From Candidatus Pacearchaeota archaeon (GTDB lineage Archaea > Nanobdellota > Nanobdellia > Pacearchaeales > GW2011-AR1), in the NCBI GenBank assembly GCA_041659945.1, contig JBAZXH010000001.1:425292-489291 (forward strand): 64,000 bases of DNA, read 5' to 3'. The position numbers and the translations under genes are program-made. Below the pieces are notes generated by a model that saw nothing but the letters and a program-made list of their open reading frames with translations, was not told the DNA's origin and did not search any database. This document shows, piece after piece, positions 47,445 through 57,434 of this stretch. Positions within the stretch are counted from its first letter, which is position 1, and each line of letters starts with the position of its first letter.

Positions 47445-48824
47445 TTACTTTAGCATTTTTATCAGCTCTTCTTTGGCGATTGCATAGTCTGCTCTTTTGT
47501 TACTTAATTTCATAATTTCTCCTAGCAAGAAGTTAAGCGCTTCACTTTTTCCGGCCTTGAAATCTTGAACTACTTTTGGATTTAATTTGATTACTCTTTC
47601 GCAGAAAGATTTTATCTCTTCTTTGTTTGTGATTCTAGTTGAAGATTCAAGTTCACTTTTTGGAGAAAATGAATTTGGGATAAATTTGTTCAGGATTTGT
47701 TTTGCTTTTAGTTCTGTTATTTTTTTATCTTTGACATATTGTAAAAGCTCTATAAAATGTTCGGGTTTTATGTTAATCTCTGGATTATCAAGAGTTGTTT
47801 TGTTGTAGTTTAAAATTCTCAGCAATTCTATGGTTATCCATGAAAGTGCAAAATCTGGAGTTATTTTTTCTGTGACTTTTTCAAAAAATTCAACAAGTTC
47901 TATATTATTTGTGAGAACCTTAGCATTTTCCTGATCAATCTTGTATTTTTTAATCATTTTTTCTAGTTTTTCCTGTGGAGATTCTGGAAGTGAACTTTTT
48001 ATTTGGTTTACAAGTTTTTCACTTATCTTCATTGCAGGCAAATCTGGATCAGAAATAAATCTATAGTCTGCAGCACCCTCTTTTTCACGCATTGATTCTG
48101 TTTTTCCTGTTTCACTGTTCCATCTTCGTGTTTCTTTTGTTTTAGGTTTTTCTTTTTCATGCCTTTTAAATTCATATTCTATTGCTCTTACAATTTCGGT
48201 TATTGAGTGAACATTTTTAATTTCTGTTCTTTCGGAAATTCCGTGAATATTCACATTAACATCTGCTTTGATCCCTGATTCTCTATTAATTGCCTTAATA
48301 TACGATAGGGTGAGAATTAGTTGTTTTAGCCAGTTTGCAACCTCTTCGCTTGATGTAAAATCGGGTTCTGTAACAATTTCAATTAAAGGAGCACCGCTTC
48401 TATTGTAATCTATGCAACCTGTTTCTGGATCCCAGGCTGCTGGGTCTTCTTCCAGATGAAGTTCTCTTATTCTTATTCCTAGAAATTTTCCATTTTCACC
48501 AACAGGAACTGCATATGTGCCTGAAAGAGTGTTTTGATAGCCCTTTGGTAAATCTGGCCAGTTGTAGTGTTTTCTTTGCCAGATCATTTTTTTGTTTGCT
48601 TCTATTGTGTTAACTTTTGTGTTTAACATTAGTGCAATCTGAAGAGCTTTTTTTATTGCTTCTTTGTTTGGAGGCATAGGTTTGCATCCGGGTTGAGCGG
48701 TACAAATTGGACAAATATTAGAATTTGGGTTTTTATCTTTACTATTTAGGTCTAGTTTACACTTGCAAAATAGCTTTTCATTTGTTGATAAGTATCCGTG
48801 TATTTCCAAACCAATCATTCTCAT
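47445..48824 (-). CDS. gatB: aspartyl/glutamyl-tRNA amidotransferase subunit B (GatB/GatE family; size fits GatB)
   Basis: It contains IGLEIH..L.T..KLFC, YNWPDLPKGYQ, LHLEEDPAAW and SGAPLIEIVTEPD. At 459 aa it lacks the GatE insertion. Confidence 0.75.
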   Translation of the reverse strand: MRMIGLEIHGYLSTNEKLFCKCKLDLNSKDKNPNSNICPICTAQPGCKPMPPNKEAIKKALQIALMLNTKVNTIEANKKMIWQRKHYNWPDLPKGYQNTLSGTYAVPVGENGKFLGIRIRELHLEEDPAAWDPETGCIDYNRSGAPLIEIVTEPDFTSSEEVANWLKQLILTLSYIKAINRESGIKADVNVNIHGISERTEIKNVHSITEIVRAIEYEFKRHEKEKPKTKETRRWNSETGKTESMREKEGAADYRFISDPDLPAMKISEKLVNQIKSSLPESPQEKLEKMIKKYKIDQENAKVLTNNIELVEFFEKVTEKITPDFALSWITIELLRILNYNKTTLDNPEINIKPEHFIELLQYVKDKKITELKAKQILNKFIPNSFSPKSELESSTRITNKEEIKSFCERVIKLNPKVVQDFKAGKSEALNFLLGEIMKLSNKRADYAIAKEELIKMLK

Positions 48825-48894
48825 GCTATTAGGAGACTAGGAGTATTTTTAATGTTTTTGCTTCAAAAACATTAAAGGTTGACAGATGATTATT

Positions 48895-49030
48895 GAAAAT
48901 ACATAAACAATTGTTCACTCCGTTCACTTTACTTCAAGAGGTTATATTTAAGCCTATAGCTTAAGAATTAATTGAATAGCTTTAAACTTTGAATTTTGCG
49001 AAGGCAACAATTCTTATGGTATAATTTCAA
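48895..49030 (+). repeat. conserved intergenic element, copy C of 3
   Basis: It contains gaaaatacataaacaattGTTCACtccGTTCACtttacttcaa ... tagctttaaactttgaattttgcgaaggcaacaattcttatggtataatttcaa. Confidence 0.6.
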
Positions 49031-49073
49031 ATACAGATTTATCTTTGGAATAGTTTTTATATTGTAAATTCTT

Positions 49074-49562
49074 GTGTTATTTATGGAAAATTTAGTTTTA
49101 GTTAAAGGGAGTAGTATTAATGAAGCTAGAAAGGAAATTGAAAAAAACGCTAAAAGCGGTAAAAAGATAGTATTAGCTGCTGGAGATGATGAGGTTAATA
49201 GAAAGATGCTTGAAAGTGCAAAAGTTGATTATATTTTGGGTTTGGAAAATGGAATTAGGAAAGATAAGCTAAAGCAAAGGGATTCAGGTTTTAATCAGGT
49301 GCTTGCTAAAATTGCTCATGAAAATAATGTTGCTCTGGGAATTGATTTTAGTGAAATCTCCAAATTAAAGGATAAAGAGTTTAGCATGTATGCTGGAAGG
49401 TTAATGCAGAATATCAAACTTTGTAATAAATATAAAGTTAAAATGGTTTTGTTTAATTATTCTGGGAAAAACAGGCATGATTTAATGGCATTTCTTTTGA
49501 GTTTGGGGATGTCAACTATAATGGCAAAATATGCTGTTGAGAATAGAGTTGGTTTGGGTTAA
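49074..49562 (+). CDS. hypothetical protein, possibly a truncated RNase P Rpp30-like subunit
   Basis: The resemblance is weak: KIVLAAGDDEVNRKMLESAKVDYILGLE...NNVALGIDFSEI. The track ORF starts at a GTG at 49074, and the first ATG is at 49083. Confidence 0.3.
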   Translation: MLFMENLVLVKGSSINEARKEIEKNAKSGKKIVLAAGDDEVNRKMLESAKVDYILGLENGIRKDKLKQRDSGFNQVLAKIAHENNVALGIDFSEISKLKDKEFSMYAGRLMQNIKLCNKYKVKMVLFNYSGKNRHDLMAFLLSLGMSTIMAKYAVENRVGLG

Positions 49563-49565
49563 TAA

Positions 49566-50576
49566 TTAGAAAAAATCGTTCAATCCTTTTTGTTTGTTGG
49601 TTTCTTTAGCTTCTCTTAGTTTCTTTAGTTGGTTTTCTATTCGTTCATCTGAGAATTCGTGTTCACTTAAGATTTCTCTTATTTTTTTCTCATTTAGACT
49701 TGGGAATTTGATATTTAGATCTTTTTTTACGTCTGGTTTTTTGAATAATTCAAATATTTTTTGCCAGTCAAAATCTATTTCTGGATATTGATCAAAGATG
49801 GTTATTGGCTGTTTGAATTTTTGTACAATTTGAAGAGCTTTTTTTTGACCTATTCCTGGAATACCTTTTGGATTGTAATCTGTACCAACTAGAATTCCAA
49901 GACAGATTAGCTGATCGTGATTTATTTGAAGAGTGTTAAGAACTTTTTCCAGCTCAATTATTTCTGGAAAAACATCAACAACACCTGAAACGGTTTTTCT
50001 TTTTTTTGCTAGAGTTAAATTTTGGATTAGTCTTGGAGCACCAAATAAAAGGCAGTCATAATCCTGGGAAGCAACTCCGAAAGAAGCGTGTTTTGCGATT
50101 TGAGATGCCTGAGCTTCACCTTCACCAGGGGCTTCGATAACTGCAATGCCCATTGCTTCTAGAAGTTCTTTACTTTCTGCTATTATTTCTTTTGTTATTT
50201 TTGTTGTTTGTTGACTATACTTCTTCATGGCCCCGTAGTCTTCGTATTCTTTTGCCTCTTCATACTTTGCTTTTGCATTTTCTTTGGTTTCTATTCTTTT
50301 TTCACGAGTTTGAAACTTTAATTCTGGAGGTTTACCATCAAAAACATAGATTAGTTTTATGCCCTCAGTTAGAAGGTTAGCGTTTCTGTTAAATAGCCCT
50401 GAAAGGTGACTTGTAATCCGGCCTTTAGAATCTTGTAGGGGAGTTCCATCATACTGTCTTATGGAAGATAAAAATTGATAAATTGCATTAAATGCATCTA
50501 CAGCAATTACTTTTCCCTTTAGTTCTTCAAAAGTTATTTGCTTTCTTGGAACAATGTCGCGTATGTTTAATCCCAT
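49566..50576 (-). CDS. fen: flap endonuclease 1
   Basis: The N-domain reads MGLNIRDIVPRKQITFEELKGKVIAVDAFNAIYQFLSSIR...GRITSHLSGLFNR. The I-domain and H3TH region are also present. Confidence 0.9.
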   Translation of the reverse strand: MGLNIRDIVPRKQITFEELKGKVIAVDAFNAIYQFLSSIRQYDGTPLQDSKGRITSHLSGLFNRNANLLTEGIKLIYVFDGKPPELKFQTREKRIETKENAKAKYEEAKEYEDYGAMKKYSQQTTKITKEIIAESKELLEAMGIAVIEAPGEGEAQASQIAKHASFGVASQDYDCLLFGAPRLIQNLTLAKKRKTVSGVVDVFPEIIELEKVLNTLQINHDQLICLGILVGTDYNPKGIPGIGQKKALQIVQKFKQPITIFDQYPEIDFDWQKIFELFKKPDVKKDLNIKFPSLNEKKIREILSEHEFSDERIENQLKKLREAKETNKQKGLNDFF

Positions 50577-50620
50577 TAAAAAATGAGTAATTTAATATAT
50601 AAATAGTTAGCGATAAACGT

Positions 50621-51082
50621 TTATCTTCTTCTTGGGTTTCCGATATCTGCCCAAACATCAGTGGGCCCATCATCAACTAATGCTGCAAGGGTTGATCTTT
50701 CAGTTTCTACAGGTTGGAGAGGGATTTCAACATTTGTATCAACTGTTGGTCTTTCAATCATTACTTTGCCAACACCATATAATGCTTGATCTGCAGGGAC
50801 TACTCCAAGTTGATCGCAGGCAGTTGCATATCTTTTTGCATCTCCTCTTGTTTGAGCCGTTTCCATTTGAACATATAGAATAATTTGTCGACCACTATAA
50901 TACATATCTGGAAGTTCTGTATCTACAATTCCTAATTCATCACATGCTCTTGCGTAGGCTACATCATCATTCCTTTGTACTGCTAAAATTTTGGCGCTTT
51001 CTAAACTTTCCTTTAAAACTCTAGCTTTTCTTAGTACTTCTTCAGGTGTTTCTTTTCTAGGATCATCGTCTCTTTGCATCAT
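50621..51082 (-). CDS. hypothetical protein with an internal tandem repeat and atypical composition
   Basis: The repeat YARACDELGIVDTELPDMYY / YATACDQLGVVPADQALY is present. The protein is Asp/Arg/Ala-rich and Lys-poor, and the local DNA is somewhat GC-richer than the flanks. Confidence 0.35.
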   Translation of the reverse strand: MMQRDDDPRKETPEEVLRKARVLKESLESAKILAVQRNDDVAYARACDELGIVDTELPDMYYSGRQIILYVQMETAQTRGDAKRYATACDQLGVVPADQALYGVGKVMIERPTVDTNVEIPLQPVETERSTLAALVDDGPTDVWADIGNPRRR

Positions 51083-51210
51083 GATTTTAAGGGGTGTTTG
51101 GACTTTTTAAACTTTTCTGTTTGTAACTACTACATAGTCACTAATTGTACCCCTCACAAGTCTCAACAAACATTGGGAACTTTTTAATATTGAGGATTTA
51201 TTGTATATTC

Positions 51211-53700
51211 ATGGAATTTGAGTTTATCCCAATAGATTATGATTATTTTGAGGTGAACGATCGAACTTTTGTGAGAATTATTGGTAGAAATAGTGTTGGT
51301 AAGAGGGTTTGTTTGATTGATGATTGTGATGTTTATTTTTGGGCTATATTAAAAGAGAGTGTTGGTGAAAAGAAAATAAAGTCGGTTATGGAGAAAATTG
51401 ATGCTATTAAGATTAGGGAAAATAGTAAAACAATAAAAGTTTTGAAAACTCAACTTCATGATAAGAAATTTCTTGGAAAAGATGTAAAAGCTATTAAGAT
51501 CTTTATTGAAAATTGTAAATATGATGGTAAACTTGCTGAAAAAATTAATTTTTCGGAGATTGAATCTATAAAAGAACATGATCTAGCCTACGTAACCCGT
51601 TACATTCTGGAAAAGAAAGTTGCTCCATTAAGTTGGTATAGAGTGGGTGGAAGTGTTTTGGAAAACTCATCTGAGTTTGGAGGAATTGATTCTGCCTTTG
51701 AGGATGTTGATTTATTTGTAAGAGTTGAGAAAATAGAAAAAAGCAACAAAGAAAATGCTAATTTTATGCCCAAGATTGTTGCATTTGATATAGAAACTGA
51801 TGAATTTGATGTGGGTAAGGGAAAAATATTAATGATTTCTCTTGTTAGTGATGGATTTAGAAAAGTTTTAACATGGAAGAAAATAAATGAGAAGGTAGAG
51901 AATGTTGAATATTTTAAGGATGAAGCAGATATGCTTGAGGCATTTGTTAAATATTTTAAAAAGCTTCAACCAGATATTTTAACGGGCTATTTTTCTGATG
52001 GATTTGATTTGCCATATTTAAAAGCTCGAGCTGAAGTTAATAAGGTGAAGTTATCTTTAGGTTTGGATGAGAGTGTTCCCCGTTTTTCAGGAGGAATGTC
52101 TCCTCGTGGAAGGATAAATGGGGTTGTTCATGTAGATTTGTTTAAATTTATTGATGTGGCCTATTCGCAGTATTTACAATCAGAAACTTTGGGGTTAAGT
52201 GATGTTGCAAATGAATTAGTTGGAGAGGGCAAAAAAGATTATGAATTTAAGCATGATTCTAAAATGAGTTCTAATGACTGGAAGAAGTTTTTTGAGTATA
52301 ATTTACAAGATTCTTTGTTAACTTACAAGTTGTTTATGAAAGCTTGGCCAGATATGATGGAGTTTTCTAGAGTTATGCAAGAACCTCTTTTTAGTGTTTC
52401 TAGGGATGGTATGTCTTCCAATGTTGAAAACTATATTATTCATAATCTATTTAGATATGATGAGATTATTGAATCAAAACCAGGGCATCATGAAATTTCT
52501 AAAAGAAGAGAAAGAGAAAGATATGAAGGAGCTTTTGTTTTACAACCTACACCAAAACTTTATGAAAATATAGTTATGTTTGATTTTACAAGTTACTGGC
52601 CAAGTATTATTTCTACATTTAATCTTTCACGCTCAACTTTTTTGGGTGATAAAAAACCTAAAAATTTAAAGGAAAAAGATTTTCTGGAAGTTGATATAAG
52701 TGAGAAGAACAAAAGTAAGTTTTATTTTTCTAAAGCTAAGGGATTTTTTCCTTTGATGCTGGAAGAGATAATTAAAAAAAGAAAAGAGTATAAAGAAGAA
52801 TATAAGAAAAATTCAACACCAATATTAAAAGCTAGGAGTAATGCATTTAAGTTGCTGGCTAATGCTTCCTACGGATATCAGGGTTTTTTTGGAGCTAGAT
52901 ATTATTGTCCACAGGCTTCTGCAGCTACAACTGCAATTTCAAGAGATTTTATTAAGGAGGTTATTTCAAAATCTGAAAAAGCAGGGTTTAAGGCTATTTA
53001 TTCTGATACTGATTCCATTGCACTTGAAATGAAAACAAAAAGTAAAAATCAAGCTTTAGATTTTTTAAAGAAAATTAATTCTGAATTACCTGGGATTATG
53101 GAATTGGAGTTGGAAGACTTTTATAAAAGAGGGATATGGGTTACAACGCGAAAGGGTGAATTTGGTGCTAAGAAAAAATATGCTCTGATTAATGAAAATG
53201 GAAAGATGAAGATCAGAGGATTTGAAACTGTTAGAAGAGATTGGTGTACATTGGCTAGGGAATTGCAAAATCAGGTTTTATTTAGAATTTTAAAAGAGGG
53301 AGATGAAAAATCTGCACTGGATTATGCAAAACAAGTAATTAAGAAGTTAGAGTCTAGAGATGTTGAAAAAGATAAATTAGTTATTCGAGCTCAGTTGAAG
53401 AAACCTCTTTCAGAGTATGTTGCTAATACCCCACATGTTACAATTGCTAGAAAAATGGTCAAGGCTGGAATGCCAGTTGATCAAGGAATGTTAATTTCTT
53501 ATTTTATTGCTGAAAGTAAAGATAAAAAAGCTTTGACAAGAGATCGGGCATTTTTGCCAGATGAAGATAAACTATATGATATTAAGTATTATCTCGAAAA
53601 GCAAATACTCCCAGCAGTTGAAAATATCTTTATGGTTTTTGGTATAGACAGTGAAGATCTAGTTAGAGAAAAGAAACAAAAGACTTTGGGAGATTTTTGA
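51211..53700 (+). CDS. polB: family-B DNA polymerase
   Basis: Exo I is FDIETDE, motif A is DFTSYWPSII, motif B is KLLANASYGYQG and motif C is YSDTDSI. The start is taken at the ATG at 51211 (MEFEFIP), and the track ORF begins at 51145. Confidence 0.9.
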   Translation: MEFEFIPIDYDYFEVNDRTFVRIIGRNSVGKRVCLIDDCDVYFWAILKESVGEKKIKSVMEKIDAIKIRENSKTIKVLKTQLHDKKFLGKDVKAIKIFIENCKYDGKLAEKINFSEIESIKEHDLAYVTRYILEKKVAPLSWYRVGGSVLENSSEFGGIDSAFEDVDLFVRVEKIEKSNKENANFMPKIVAFDIETDEFDVGKGKILMISLVSDGFRKVLTWKKINEKVENVEYFKDEADMLEAFVKYFKKLQPDILTGYFSDGFDLPYLKARAEVNKVKLSLGLDESVPRFSGGMSPRGRINGVVHVDLFKFIDVAYSQYLQSETLGLSDVANELVGEGKKDYEFKHDSKMSSNDWKKFFEYNLQDSLLTYKLFMKAWPDMMEFSRVMQEPLFSVSRDGMSSNVENYIIHNLFRYDEIIESKPGHHEISKRRERERYEGAFVLQPTPKLYENIVMFDFTSYWPSIISTFNLSRSTFLGDKKPKNLKEKDFLEVDISEKNKSKFYFSKAKGFFPLMLEEIIKKRKEYKEEYKKNSTPILKARSNAFKLLANASYGYQGFFGARYYCPQASAATTAISRDFIKEVISKSEKAGFKAIYSDTDSIALEMKTKSKNQALDFLKKINSELPGIMELELEDFYKRGIWVTTRKGEFGAKKKYALINENGKMKIRGFETVRRDWCTLARELQNQVLFRILKEGDEKSALDYAKQVIKKLESRDVEKDKLVIRAQLKKPLSEYVANTPHVTIARKMVKAGMPVDQGMLISYFIAESKDKKALTRDRAFLPDEDKLYDIKYYLEKQILPAVENIFMVFGIDSEDLVREKKQKTLGDF

Positions 53701-53750
53701 GATTATATTTCAGTGAATAAATATTTATAAATAAGTGTTTTATAGCAAAT

Positions 53751-54923
53751 TTGATTAAAATGGCAACACATTGCAAGTTAGATCATAAATTTTTTGAAGG
53801 TGATAGTAAAACTATTGCGGGTGGTGATTTGGAAGCTAGATGTTTTAGATTTCCTACTGGAGTAGAAGGTGTGAGACTTTCTAATAAAAGAGGAGGAGTT
53901 ACGGTTTTACCATTTCAAGGTCATCAGCTGTGGCATCCAGAATTTGATGGAATAAAATTAAGCATGGATTCTCAAGTTAAAGTTCCTATTCGTACCACTG
54001 ACTACTTAAAAGGTTATGGAGGATTTTTAGTTCTTTGTGGTGCAAGGAGAATTGGTTGTCCAGCAAAGGGTCTTGACGATCATCCTCTTCATGGAGAATT
54101 ACCAAATGCTCAAGGTTATGAGCAGGTTCTTCTGAGTTTTGGTGAAGATGTGGGAGGAAGATTTGTTGAGCTTGATGGAATTATCTGGGATCCTTCTGGA
54201 ATTGATTGTAAGGTTCATTACATGGCTGTTCCTAAAACAAAATTATATGAGAATAGTACTCTAGTTGATTTTTCTTTGAGAGTTGAAAATGTTTTAAATG
54301 AACCTATGGAAACAATGGTAATGATTCATGCAAATGGAAATGCTCCAGATAATTCTACATTGGAATGTAGTGCTCCATCTGATCCTGAAAGTGTTGTGAT
54401 AAGAACGCAAGATCCACAACATGTTATTGATGCTTGGGAAAAAGAAAGTGCAGAGAGTGATGAACGAGCTGCACAGATTAGAGCTTTTCGTGAATTTAGA
54501 GATGCGGTTGCTAGAAATCCTAAATTAATTGATCGTTTTGGTAAAGATATGTTACTTGATCCAGAAATTGTTGGTAACTATAATTATCGTGCTGATGGAG
54601 AAGGTTATGCGCATAGTATGGCTGTTTTTCCTGGTGGAGAAAGAGCATATTATATTAGACATAATCCACAGCAATTACCAATTGGGGTTAGATGGTTAAG
54701 AATTGCATCTGGTGATGAAGGATTTCCAGTTAGTCGTGCAGCAGGAGTAGTTTTACCTGCTAATTCGGGTGTAAGAGGATATTCTACAGAAAAATTTGCA
54801 GGAAATATTCCAGTTATGGATCCTCTTGAAACAATGTTTTATAATGTTTCTCTTGGACTTTTGTCAAATCGTGGAGAGATTGATGCTGCTAGAGGAAGAA
54901 TAGAAGAAGCTATGGCTCATTAA
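53751..54923 (+). CDS. hypothetical 390-aa soluble protein with atypical composition (possibly an aldose-epimerase-like beta fold; weak)
   Basis: I see no catalytic motif. The protein is Gly/Asp/Arg-rich, unlike the Lys/Ile/Asn-rich neighbours. Confidence 0.35.
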   Translation: MIKMATHCKLDHKFFEGDSKTIAGGDLEARCFRFPTGVEGVRLSNKRGGVTVLPFQGHQLWHPEFDGIKLSMDSQVKVPIRTTDYLKGYGGFLVLCGARRIGCPAKGLDDHPLHGELPNAQGYEQVLLSFGEDVGGRFVELDGIIWDPSGIDCKVHYMAVPKTKLYENSTLVDFSLRVENVLNEPMETMVMIHANGNAPDNSTLECSAPSDPESVVIRTQDPQHVIDAWEKESAESDERAAQIRAFREFRDAVARNPKLIDRFGKDMLLDPEIVGNYNYRADGEGYAHSMAVFPGGERAYYIRHNPQQLPIGVRWLRIASGDEGFPVSRAAGVVLPANSGVRGYSTEKFAGNIPVMDPLETMFYNVSLGLLSNRGEIDAARGRIEEAMAH

Positions 54924-55013
54924 ATTTTTTAAAATTTTATTTTAAATAATTAAAAAATTAAAACGTAAGGTATAAAAAGCAATTTTTCTTGTATTTATTA
55001 TTAAGAGGGTGAA

Positions 55014-55574
55014 ATGTTTGATAAACTAACTGGACTTGTTACTAATAACTTTGAAGTTGCTAGAGAGATGAATAGTGCTGATAGTCAAATATTTTTAATG
55101 TTGATTATGGTTTTTATGGTTTTTATTGCGATCCTTGTTGTTGCAGTTTATGTTTATACTTCTTTGGCTACTATGAAAATTGCTCAAAGAACTAGAACTA
55201 AACCATATTGGTTAGCTTGGATTCCGTGTGTTGGTCAACCATTGGTTACAGCGAAAATTGCAAAAATGCACTGGTGGCCTATGATAATGGGAATTATTGG
55301 TGGTTTTTTATTGGTTCTTGGATATTTATTTTTAGTATTTGGATTAGCTAAAGTAGAAAATTCGTACATAATTTTTGGTTTGTTATCTTTGCTGGTTGGA
55401 ATTTGTTTATTGATTGCATTTACTGTTTTTAATTACATTTGGTATTGGAAAACCTTTGAAGCAGTTGGTAGACCTGGCTGGTGGCCATTGCTTGGTTTGA
55501 TACCCTATGCTGGAGGAATTATATTTTTGGTTTTGCTTGGAGTAGCTGCCTGGGGAAAGCCGGAGAAAAGATAA
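55014..55574 (+). CDS. membrane protein, DUF805-like, paralog 1
   Basis: It has four TM helices and two half-units ending in AKMHWWP and WKTFEAVGRPGWWPLLGLIPYAG. The latter resembles the DUF805 signature ..D.GRSGWW..L.IP..G. Confidence 0.45.
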   Translation: MFDKLTGLVTNNFEVAREMNSADSQIFLMLIMVFMVFIAILVVAVYVYTSLATMKIAQRTRTKPYWLAWIPCVGQPLVTAKIAKMHWWPMIMGIIGGFLLVLGYLFLVFGLAKVENSYIIFGLLSLLVGICLLIAFTVFNYIWYWKTFEAVGRPGWWPLLGLIPYAGGIIFLVLLGVAAWGKPEKR

Positions 55575-56273
55575 ATGATTTTTGATAAAATAACTGGATT
55601 TGCAACAAATGCTTTAGGATTGGATTATGGTACAACTGGTTTAGACCCTTTAAGCAGTGGTTCTTTGATAGGTAGTTCCAATCCTTTTAGTTCGTATATG
55701 TCGCTTTTGGGTGGTGCTATTTTGGCTTTTTTGGTTATTGCAATAATCATTGGTATTTTATTGTATTTTTATATTTCTTTTGCTTTTATGAGAATTGGTT
55801 ATAAAGCAGGTCTTGCTTGTCCAGGAGTTTCTTGGATTAGTCCGATAGTTTCTATATTTGAGATTTCAAAAATGCACTGGTGGCCATGGCCTGTATTGAT
55901 TGTAGGTGGCCCTTTAATTTACTTTCTTACAATCTTATTAGCGATGGTATCTCCAATTTTAATGATATTTACGGGTATTCTTGCTGTTTTACTTGCTATT
56001 ATGTTTCCTGTTATGGTAATTATTTGGAATTGGAAAACTTTTGAGGCTGTTGGCAGACCTGGCTGGTGGGCAATAATTTCTCCGATTTTAATTGTGGTTG
56101 GTATTTTATTGATGTTTTTATTGTTATCCATTTCTCCGTTTGTTGGAATTCTTTTAGGAGGAATAATAATTTTAGTAGGAGTTATTATTTATTTAGTTCT
56201 TATTGGGATAGCTGCCTGGGGAAATGTTGAAGGTTTTCCTCAACAGGAACAGATGCAGCAGCAAGTGCAATAA
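55575..56273 (+). CDS. membrane protein, DUF805-like, paralog 2
   Basis: It is directly abutting paralog 1, with start ATG overlapping paralog 1's stop TAA by one nucleotide, and shares the MIFDKITG, SKMHWWP and WKTFEAVGRPGWW motifs with it. Confidence 0.45.
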   Translation: MIFDKITGFATNALGLDYGTTGLDPLSSGSLIGSSNPFSSYMSLLGGAILAFLVIAIIIGILLYFYISFAFMRIGYKAGLACPGVSWISPIVSIFEISKMHWWPWPVLIVGGPLIYFLTILLAMVSPILMIFTGILAVLLAIMFPVMVIIWNWKTFEAVGRPGWWAIISPILIVVGILLMFLLLSISPFVGILLGGIIILVGVIIYLVLIGIAAWGNVEGFPQQEQMQQQVQ

Positions 56274-56421
56274 TAAAATTTCTTTTTTATTGACTTTTAG
56301 ACTTTTCTTTACAAAGATTTATAAGTCTAGTTCTTATTGAAATTAATTTTAAACTTAAAAACATCAAAAATCAATGATTTTTGTGGCTTAAAGTTTGTAA
56401 TACAAACTTTAAATTAATAAA

Positions 56422-57384
56422 ATGGAACCGGATTATCGAACTTTGGTTGAAGAAAATAGAAGATTAAGAGGACAAATCGGAGATCTAGAACTGCAGCTTG
56501 CTAATTTTGATGTGAGGGAATCTCATTTTTTGCATGATTTTAAGGGACCCCTAGCTACTTTAATGATGCTTTCATTGGACTATCCAGATTTACTTCAGCG
56601 TTTACATGATGCTGAAGATCCTCAAGTTGCGAAGAGTATTGAGTTTAAACTTCGGCAGATGGTAAGGCGTTCTGATGCAGCTCTAGGACTTTTGAATGAT
56701 CATTTTCAGATTGCTTCTTGTAGAGGAATGAGCACAGAACAATTGATGAAATATGCAGAAAAATTTGATCTTTTAAAAAAGTTGAAACAAATATTTGACG
56801 CACATGAACACCCTTTAATACGTAGTGATTTAGGACTAACTTTTGATTATTCGCCTAGTTTAGAGAATTTTGAAGTTTATGCAAATGTGGGAGCTTTATC
56901 TTCTCCGATTTCTAATTTAGTTAGCAATGCTATAAAGTATGCAACTCCAAGAGGTTCTGTAATTAAAGCCATGGCTTATTTGTCTGAGGATTCTTTTGGA
57001 TTTGAATTGGAAAATGCAGTTAGACAGCCTATTGATGTTGCAGAGTTGCAGAGATTTTTTGAATTTGGCTATACTCGGGGAGAAATTGATAGTCGTGAAG
57101 CCTATGGGCGAAGTCAGGGAATTGGACTAACTGATGCTAGAGATTTGCTAATAACTCTTGGTGCTTCTGTTGAATTGTCTAGTGATCATTATTTTCAAAT
57201 AACTGAAGAAAGAGCAGAAGAGGGAGGATTTAGGAGAAAAAATTATGGGATTATTCCTCCTCAAAGAGAAGTGCCTAGACTGCCATCATTTCATGCTAAG
57301 GTCTCAATACCTTTAGAATATTTGAAAGTGCCTGAGGTTGTTGTGGAAGATACAACTGATGAAGAACCTCCTTTATTTGGGTAG
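56422..57384 (+). CDS. soluble histidine-kinase-like protein (HisKA-like H-box plus GHKL ATPase); no cognate response regulator nearby
   Basis: The H-box is ESHFLHDFKGPL, the N-box SNLVSNAIKYA, G1 is EFGYTRGE and G2 is GRSQGIGL. It has no TM helix and an N-terminal coiled coil. Confidence 0.55.
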   Translation: MEPDYRTLVEENRRLRGQIGDLELQLANFDVRESHFLHDFKGPLATLMMLSLDYPDLLQRLHDAEDPQVAKSIEFKLRQMVRRSDAALGLLNDHFQIASCRGMSTEQLMKYAEKFDLLKKLKQIFDAHEHPLIRSDLGLTFDYSPSLENFEVYANVGALSSPISNLVSNAIKYATPRGSVIKAMAYLSEDSFGFELENAVRQPIDVAELQRFFEFGYTRGEIDSREAYGRSQGIGLTDARDLLITLGASVELSSDHYFQITEERAEEGGFRRKNYGIIPPQREVPRLPSFHAKVSIPLEYLKVPEVVVEDTTDEEPPLFG

Positions 57385-57434
57385 TGATTTTTTGTATAAA
57401 AATCTTTTTAAAGTAGGATTTATCTAAAAGTAAA

